Position numbers and translations under genes: made by a program
Shown here: one piece after another, positions 58,548 to 64,000 of the stretch
How positions within the stretch are numbered: the first letter of the stretch is position 1
How the letters are laid out: the number at the start of each line of letters is the position of its first letter
Notes under the pieces: model-generated
Told to the model about the DNA's origin: nothing
Database searches by the model: none
The model's input: the letters and a program-made list of their open reading frames with translations, nothing else
Assembly: GCA_965214835.1 (NCBI GenBank)
Contig: CBDCCK010000002.1
Span: 768,001-832,000, forward strand
Length of the DNA: 64,000 bases
Direction: 5' to 3'
Source of the DNA: Nitrosopumilaceae archaeon
GTDB taxonomy: Archaea; Thermoproteota; Nitrososphaeria; Nitrososphaerales; Nitrosopumilaceae

Positions 58548-59214
58548 TCTCGGTTCCGACAGGCGAGGTTCCGCGTATTGCCTTTTCGAGCGTCTTGAGA
58601 TCGGCCTTTAGGATCCTGGTCTTTATCCTAGAGCGCTCTATGATTTTCAGGGCCACTATATCCATCAGGTCATAGCCGCCGGCAACGGAGTCCTCATGGA
58701 CCAGCATGCTTCGCAGGGACTTTAGCTCGATTCGCTTGAACCTTTTTGCGGTCTTGTACCTGTTGGGATCCCTGTCATAGACGCCGTCGACGTCAGTAGC
58801 ATTGAGAAACTGCTCTGCCTTGATCTTCTCGGCAATCAGGGCGGCCGTTCCATTAGTGCTCTGCCCGGGGTGAAGCCCCCCGGTCACGACAATCAGCCCG
58901 CTGTCCACTGCATGCTTTGTCTCCTGAAGGTTGGTGGGCGGGTGGGAGTACGCCTTGCCCTTGAGGGCATAGATGAGCAGCTTTGCGTTTAGCCTTGAGA
59001 TTTCAATGCCCAGCTCGTCAAGGGTGGACTCGTCTGCGCCCGAGGATCGTGCATGCGATATGTAGTGCCGCGATATGGTTCCTCCCCCTGCCACGATCAC
59101 GGGCTGGCAGTATCTGCTGACTTTGACAAAGAATCTCGCGTAATCCTTGAGGGCCTTTACGTTATCCATGCCAAAAACCCTGCCGGAAATCTTGATTACG
59201 ATGCGCCTCTTCAT
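58537..59214 (-). CDS. pyrH: UMP kinase
   Basis: [26 protein letters not shown]. Confidence 0.95.
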   Translation of the reverse strand: MKRRIVIKISGRVFGMDNVKALKDYARFFVKVSRYCQPVIVAGGGTISRHYISHARSSGADESTLDELGIEISRLNAKLLIYALKGKAYSHPPTNLQETKHAVDSGLIVVTGGLHPGQSTNGTAALIAEKIKAEQFLNATDVDGVYDRDPNRYKTAKRFKRIELKSLRSMLVHEDSVAGGYDLMDIVALKIIERSRIKTRILKADLKTLEKAIRGTSPVGTEITL

Positions 59215-60455
59215 TGTCCCGTACCACCAAGGATTGAATGGGCGGCCATTTCAACTTTTTTTCTGTTTTTCTCAGACGTGTATATCCTCAGGATATCCAT
59301 GAATCCGGACAGGGTGGAGACTAGAATCCGGGAGATCGGGATTTCTTGCGCCTGGGACTTGCCATTTTTTGAGGAGATGAGGATTACTGATTTTGACTCC
59401 TTTTTTGAGGGCGTGAGGGGGATCGACGGGGTAGTTGAGCTGTCCACAAAGATGTCATTTTCGGGGACTCGGGACTTTTTTGAGATCTGGGCCCTGATCG
59501 TGTCGAATCTCCTTTTTGAAATGTCCGGCTTTTTTGTAAAGATCTGCTCGTATACGCATTTTAGCAGGTTGCGATCCTGGTAGTTCCGCGCCAGCTGCCT
59601 TGCGCGCTTTAGCTGCGGATCATCTGATGTTATAGACAAAAGATCCGATATTATGACATCGTCTGTGAGCCGGACATAGTCATCCAGGGTCAGCGAATCA
59701 AGCCCAATCTGGTCGTATGCAAGACGTATTGCCTCAAGCAGCATCACCTCGACGGAGCGGACGGACTTGTGAAAGTATACCGCCTTGAACATCTGGTACC
59801 TAGAGTGCATCATTGACTCAAAGGAGTATAGCGCAGATCTGTCAAGGGCCAACTTTTTCCTGTACACGCTCAGAGACCGGATCATGCGAATGTGATCGGT
59901 TTTTGCGTGCTCGGCACCCGTATAATATCCGTCCCGCAGCAGATAGTCCATCATGTCTGCACTGAGGGCCCCGGAGATTATCTCGTTCATGAATTGGTGT
60001 CTGGATTCGCCAAAGGCCAGCCTTGCAATGAAGTTTTTGTCAAGCCCCGATCTTGATAGCACGTCGCCGATCTCGGTTTTTTGAATGATGTTTTTCCCCA
60101 TGCCCTCGTGTGAGATCCGGGAGTTGTCCCGTACCACCTCCTCAAACAGGTGTGAGAACGGTCCATGGCCGATATCATGGAGCAGTCCTGCCATGCGGAG
60201 TGCGGCAACGTCGTCTTTTTTGATTGCCCCCTTTTCCCGCAGTGCATTGCCTGCCAGCCCCGCAATGTGCAGAACCCCCAGGGAATGCTCAAATCGCGTG
60301 TGTTGCGCGCCCGGATAGGTAAGGTGGGCGCCTGAAAGCTGCTTGATTCTTCTCAGCCGCTGGAAGGCCGGATTGTCGATAATCTCCAGCTCAGAGCCGT
60401 AAATGCGAACAAAGCTGTGAATGGGATCAATGATGTCCAGGTTGGCCTTTTTCAT
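59211..60455 (-). CDS. HD-domain phosphohydrolase (SAMHD1/dNTPase-like)
   Basis: [36 protein letters not shown]. Confidence 0.92.
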   Translation of the reverse strand: MKKANLDIIDPIHSFVRIYGSELEIIDNPAFQRLRRIKQLSGAHLTYPGAQHTRFEHSLGVLHIAGLAGNALREKGAIKKDDVAALRMAGLLHDIGHGPFSHLFEEVVRDNSRISHEGMGKNIIQKTEIGDVLSRSGLDKNFIARLAFGESRHQFMNEIISGALSADMMDYLLRDGYYTGAEHAKTDHIRMIRSLSVYRKKLALDRSALYSFESMMHSRYQMFKAVYFHKSVRSVEVMLLEAIRLAYDQIGLDSLTLDDYVRLTDDVIISDLLSITSDDPQLKRARQLARNYQDRNLLKCVYEQIFTKKPDISKRRFDTIRAQISKKSRVPENDIFVDSSTTPSIPLTPSKKESKSVILISSKNGKSQAQEIPISRILVSTLSGFMDILRIYTSEKNRKKVEMAAHSILGGTGQ

Positions 60456-61033
60456 GATAAGACCTTCTTGCCAAGTATCTTCATGATGTCCTGGTGAACC
60501 TCCTCCCTTGTTCTTGAGGCGTTGACGATTTTCCAATGCTGTTTTTTTGCGGCCCTTCTGTAAGCGGAGGCCACCTTTCTAACGAACTCTTTGTTCTTTT
60601 CAAACCTGTCCCGGTTTGATTTTTTGCGACTAAACGATTCGGCTGGCGCGACATCCAGGAGGATTACAAGGTCGGCCTTTGGCATCCCCCTGTCCAGGTT
60701 TTCAAGCCAGGCGGCCTTCATTCCATTGACCAGCCCGTATACGACATTGGACTGGTAGTACCTGTTCATGATCAAGACGGAGTTTTTTTCATGCGCCCTT
60801 TGTATGTCGTATAGCCTCTCCCACCTGTTGGCTGCCAGAAGGCAGTGGATGGCCTGTGGCGGAAATTTACGCCCCCCTGACAGATACCTGTCGATCTCTT
60901 TTCCGACCGGGGTGGAATAGTCAGGAAAGCTGAACGTTCTGGTTTTGATTTTGGCGCTCTTTAATGCCTTTTCAAGCATGACAGCCTGTGTTTTTTTTCC
61001 CGCCTGATCCCCGCCCTCGATAGCTATAATCAA
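60452..61033 (-). CDS. tmk: Thymidylate kinase
   Basis: IEGGDQAGKKTQ, FPDY, NRY..S. Confidence 0.93.
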   Translation of the reverse strand: MIIAIEGGDQAGKKTQAVMLEKALKSAKIKTRTFSFPDYSTPVGKEIDRYLSGGRKFPPQAIHCLLAANRWERLYDIQRAHEKNSVLIMNRYYQSNVVYGLVNGMKAAWLENLDRGMPKADLVILLDVAPAESFSRKKSNRDRFEKNKEFVRKVASAYRRAAKKQHWKIVNASRTREEVHQDIMKILGKKVLS

Positions 61034-61079
61034 GATACTGAAACTGCAAGGCTAGTAATTAAAAATGCATGGATAATCA

Positions 61080-61152
61080 GGGGACTGCGTAATCGGCGCA
61101 GAATAAAAAACCGGGCAGCCTTTACGTCATTTTTGGCAAATACGCACAGGAT
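61080..61152. mobile_element. Degenerate copy of ~78-bp element (family 3)
   Basis: tgcgta...ggcagcctttacgtcatttttgg...tacgca, collinear with 5543-5621. Confidence 0.6.
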
Positions 61153-61232
61153 CCAGTGTCGTCTAGGGGGCAAGCCCTTGCAGCTGGTACTGCTTGAAGA
61201 CTTATAACCAAAAATGATCGACATTTCACAGG

Positions 61233-61625
61233 TTGGGACTTGTAAAATCAATGGCAGATGAAATGATAAGGGAGATCGGCAACAGATCAAAAGAGTTCTA
61301 TGAGTTTGTTCTACCTCCCGTTGATATGCAGGTGCAGGAGGACAGGATTACAGTCACAATTGATCTGCCAGGCTTTGACAAAAAGGACATAGAGCTGCGC
61401 CTTGATGCAAACATTCTTTCCATAAGCGCAGAAAAGCCAAAAAAGGAGGAAAGAGACGAATCGATGGTCTGCAATCAGAGGCCCGGCATAATCGACAAGA
61501 AGATCAGGCTTCCCATAAACATCAGGAAGGGAGAGGAATCAGTAGAGTCGGCAAGATTTGAAAATGGCGTCCTGACGGTGGTCATCGCCTTTGCAAGATC
61601 TGGCAAAGACATCCCAATAGAATAG
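61233..61625 (+). CDS. Small heat-shock protein Hsp20
   Basis: PPVDM, DLPG, A.FENGVLTV. Confidence 0.92.
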   Translation: MGLVKSMADEMIREIGNRSKEFYEFVLPPVDMQVQEDRITVTIDLPGFDKKDIELRLDANILSISAEKPKKEERDESMVCNQRPGIIDKKIRLPINIRKGEESVESARFENGVLTVVIAFARSGKDIPIE

Positions 61626-61699
61626 ACCCTGTGCGTGAGCAAGGCCTAGCAGTTTTGCCTCTTGGTTCTTGCAAACGAGGAGGATGGGGCAGCGCAAGA

Positions 61700-61947
61700 A
61701 GAGGATCAAAGGAGGATGGGGCAGCTGAGGCATCAAAAGTCCGAGCGCCAAGTGTGGCCTGCATCCGGGGACGACGACGGCAGGGCCGCAGCCAGGTGCA
61801 CGATGAACATGAAGGCAGTACAAGCGGGTGTGCGACCCGTATGATGGGACTGCTGAAGAGTTTGAACGGGAGTTACAGGTGGTCTCCGGGCTTGTCAACC
61901 TTAGGCTGCTGTTGGACTAGAAGGGAGAGCTCAAGCACGGATTCTGA
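61700..61947 (+). pseudogene. Possible IS5/IS4-like transposase C-terminal remnant
   Basis: 61813-61920 reads RQYKRVCDPYDGTAEEFERELQVVSGLVNLRLLLD*, reminiscent of DDE_Tnp_4 C-termini; upstream part scrambled. Confidence 0.4.
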
Positions 61948-62127
61948 TATTGCAAAGCATGGCGTACTGCGGCGCCGCACGGTACCGCGGCTTTTTGCAG
62001 CCCGACGGATCCGCAATCACACAGCACGCGGACTGCCGCCTCCATGTCATGTGGTGCTGCCTGCTCTGCAAGGCATACATGTGATCGGAATATTTTGATC
62101 ACGGCTGCTGCGCACACAGCCTGATGA

Positions 62128-63678
62128 TTACCTCCCTCTGAGTGCGGCAGAGACTGCCATGACTGCGATCGAGCCTGCCATTCCTGCGATTCCTGCCGGC
62201 TCGTTGGAGGAATAAAGCAGTGCAGAGCCGACAAAGATGGCAGACGACAGAATGCTTCCGGCCAGCAGCGTGCTAGGTTCCGGCTTTGCCTGCCGCAGAT
62301 GAAGTGAATGACTGTCATCAAGATATCTTTTGAGCGCAGGCGCAATGGATATCGCAGCATCAACTGACTTTGCAAGCCTAGTAACCGAGTACTTTAGCTC
62401 CTCAACATATGCATCCCTGATCAGATGCTCCTCCTCCAGTATCTCCTTGAGCACCCTGACAAACTTAAAGTCAACGTCATGCGTCTTGTAGATTCCCTCG
62501 ATGATCGAGGCCATCCTCATGTACAACGCAAGGTGCTTAGGCAGGACAAACGGAAACCTGCTCATCGTCCGGTTGGCGATCTCCATCAGGCTGTTTATCT
62601 CCATTTCAGACGGCTTGCGACCGTGCAGGGCCCGGACCGTCAGCTCAATTGCCTGCTCGATGACAGAGCGGTTAAAATCCGGGGTGAGCATTCCCAGCTC
62701 GCTCATGGCGTTTACCGTTCTTGACGGGTTTTTCTCGACAAGCGCAAGATACAGCCTGACCAGGCGCCTTCGTGACTCGTCATCCAGCCGTCCGACCATT
62801 CCATAGTCATACAGGATCAGCCTCCCCTCGTCGGTCACGGAGATGTTTCCGGGGTGGGGATCTGCGTGAAAAATGGAGTGGCGCAGGAGCATGGTAAAGA
62901 ACACCTTGTGCACGTCAATGACGAGCTTTGTCCTGTCGATGTTTTTGTCGTCCAGTGCCTCGATGTCGGTGACCTTGATTCCCGGAATGTACTCCATGGT
63001 AAGGATGTTTCCCGAGGAATACTCGTCATAGACCCGGGGGATGAGGACCGGCGAGTTCCTCATGTTGTCCCTGATCTGCTTCAGGTTTGAGGACTCGATC
63101 CTATAGTCCAGCTCCTCGTGTACCGTCTCGACAAACTGGGACAGCATCGCCCTTGCGGAAAACCGGAGGTTGGGATCGACGAACCGCAGTCCCACCGGCA
63201 GTATTTTTTTGAGAACCTCAAGATCCTTCCTGACGGTCTCCTCGATTCCGGGGCGCCTTACCTTGACTACGATCTCCTGGTTTTTTAGCCTGGCTCGATA
63301 GACCTGTCCCAGCGACGCGCCAGACAGGGCGTCGGATTCGAACTCGTCAAACGCCGAGTCCACGGGCCCGAACTCCTTTTCGATTATCGGCCTTACCTCA
63401 TCAAACGGAACGACGGGTACGCTGTCCTGCAGCTTTGCGAGCTCCTCAAGATACGGCTGCGGCAGGATATCCGCACGGGAGGAGAGCCACTGCCCCAGCT
63501 TGATGTAGACCGGTCCCAGTGCCAGGAAGGCATTCAGTGCCCGCCGCGCGTTTTTTCGATACTTCTCCACGTCGATGTTTCTGGCTTCCTGGCTTGACCA
63601 CTCCCTTCGATCCCTCCTCAGGGCCATCGCCGAGGGAAGCAGCCTGAAGAGAACCTGCAGGGTTCGAACCAGCGTCAT
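62128..63678 (-). CDS. ABC1/UbiB/AarF-family kinase
   Basis: YIKLGQ, ASLGQVY, VKVRRP, FHADPHPGN, DYGMVG. Confidence 0.93.
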   Translation of the reverse strand: MTLVRTLQVLFRLLPSAMALRRDRREWSSQEARNIDVEKYRKNARRALNAFLALGPVYIKLGQWLSSRADILPQPYLEELAKLQDSVPVVPFDEVRPIIEKEFGPVDSAFDEFESDALSGASLGQVYRARLKNQEIVVKVRRPGIEETVRKDLEVLKKILPVGLRFVDPNLRFSARAMLSQFVETVHEELDYRIESSNLKQIRDNMRNSPVLIPRVYDEYSSGNILTMEYIPGIKVTDIEALDDKNIDRTKLVIDVHKVFFTMLLRHSIFHADPHPGNISVTDEGRLILYDYGMVGRLDDESRRRLVRLYLALVEKNPSRTVNAMSELGMLTPDFNRSVIEQAIELTVRALHGRKPSEMEINSLMEIANRTMSRFPFVLPKHLALYMRMASIIEGIYKTHDVDFKFVRVLKEILEEEHLIRDAYVEELKYSVTRLAKSVDAAISIAPALKRYLDDSHSLHLRQAKPEPSTLLAGSILSSAIFVGSALLYSSNEPAGIAGMAGSIAVMAVSAALRGR

Positions 63679-63682
63679 CTTA

Positions 63683-64000
63683 TCACTCTAGGTTTTTTTT
63701 GACGGCCCTGGTCAGCAGGTATCCCGCACAGCCTAGCGGGACGGCGGAAGCCAGTCCCGCAAGCGATGAGAGCCCCCGCGAGTTGGAATTTTTCTGGACA
63801 AGGGAGGCCGCCTTCCTCCCGCCCAGGACCGCACACGCAAGACCCACCAGGACCTCGGGCGCGTCATGAATCAGATGCCCCAGCGGATCCTGCCTGGGAT
63901 CCACCCTGTCGGTATGAACTAGGTACCTGTCGTCGTACTCCCGGATGTGTAGGTTTCCATACCTGTACTGCCTGCTTGCCCCGTTTTTGTGCCCCAGTCG
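63683..64000 (-). CDS. Hypothetical protein, 5' end outside window
   Basis: Frame open to window edge: LGHKNGASRQYRYGNLHIREYDDRYLVHTDRVDPRQDPLGHL..DAPE. Confidence 0.7.
   Translation of the reverse strand, partial: RLGHKNGASRQYRYGNLHIREYDDRYLVHTDRVDPRQDPLGHLIHDAPEVLVGLACAVLGGRKAASLVQKNSNSRGLSSLAGLASAVPLGCAGYLLTRAVKKNLE

Overview
Archaeal chromosome segment, very probably an ammonia-oxidising Nitrosopumilaceae (Nitrososphaerota/Thaumarchaeota). Evidence: Amt ammonium transporter, split A-type ATP synthase locus, PEFG-CTERM and CFI-box-CTERM surface proteins, class II RNR, archaeal information-processing genes. Core content: a riboflavin operon (ribE-ribB-ribH-gch3-amidohydrolase-reductase), citE-like lyase, Zn-dehydrogenase, rps19e, RNase P subunit, tRNA-Gly(TCC), nep1, nrdJ, thiolase/DUF35, a ~15 kb Cu/Zn homeostasis and surface-protein cluster, pyrBI, atpK/D/B/A/E/I/C, amt, pyrH, tmk, hsp20, ABC1 kinase. 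Intergenic space holds many mobile-element remnants: three MITE-like families read by eye, IS110/IS481/IS5-like fragments and three toxin-antitoxin-like modules. Most interesting items: (1) an HTH + ATP-cone + radical-less class III RNR-like protein next to nrdJ, a candidate nucleotide-sensing regulator; (2) a deaminase-type amidohydrolase inside the riboflavin operon; (3) a ~90-bp inverted-repeat element whose four copies all lie at TA-like modules; (4) metal-ligand-rich tandem repeats, one beside a frameshift in znuA. All calls come from motif recognition by eye; no database searches were run.
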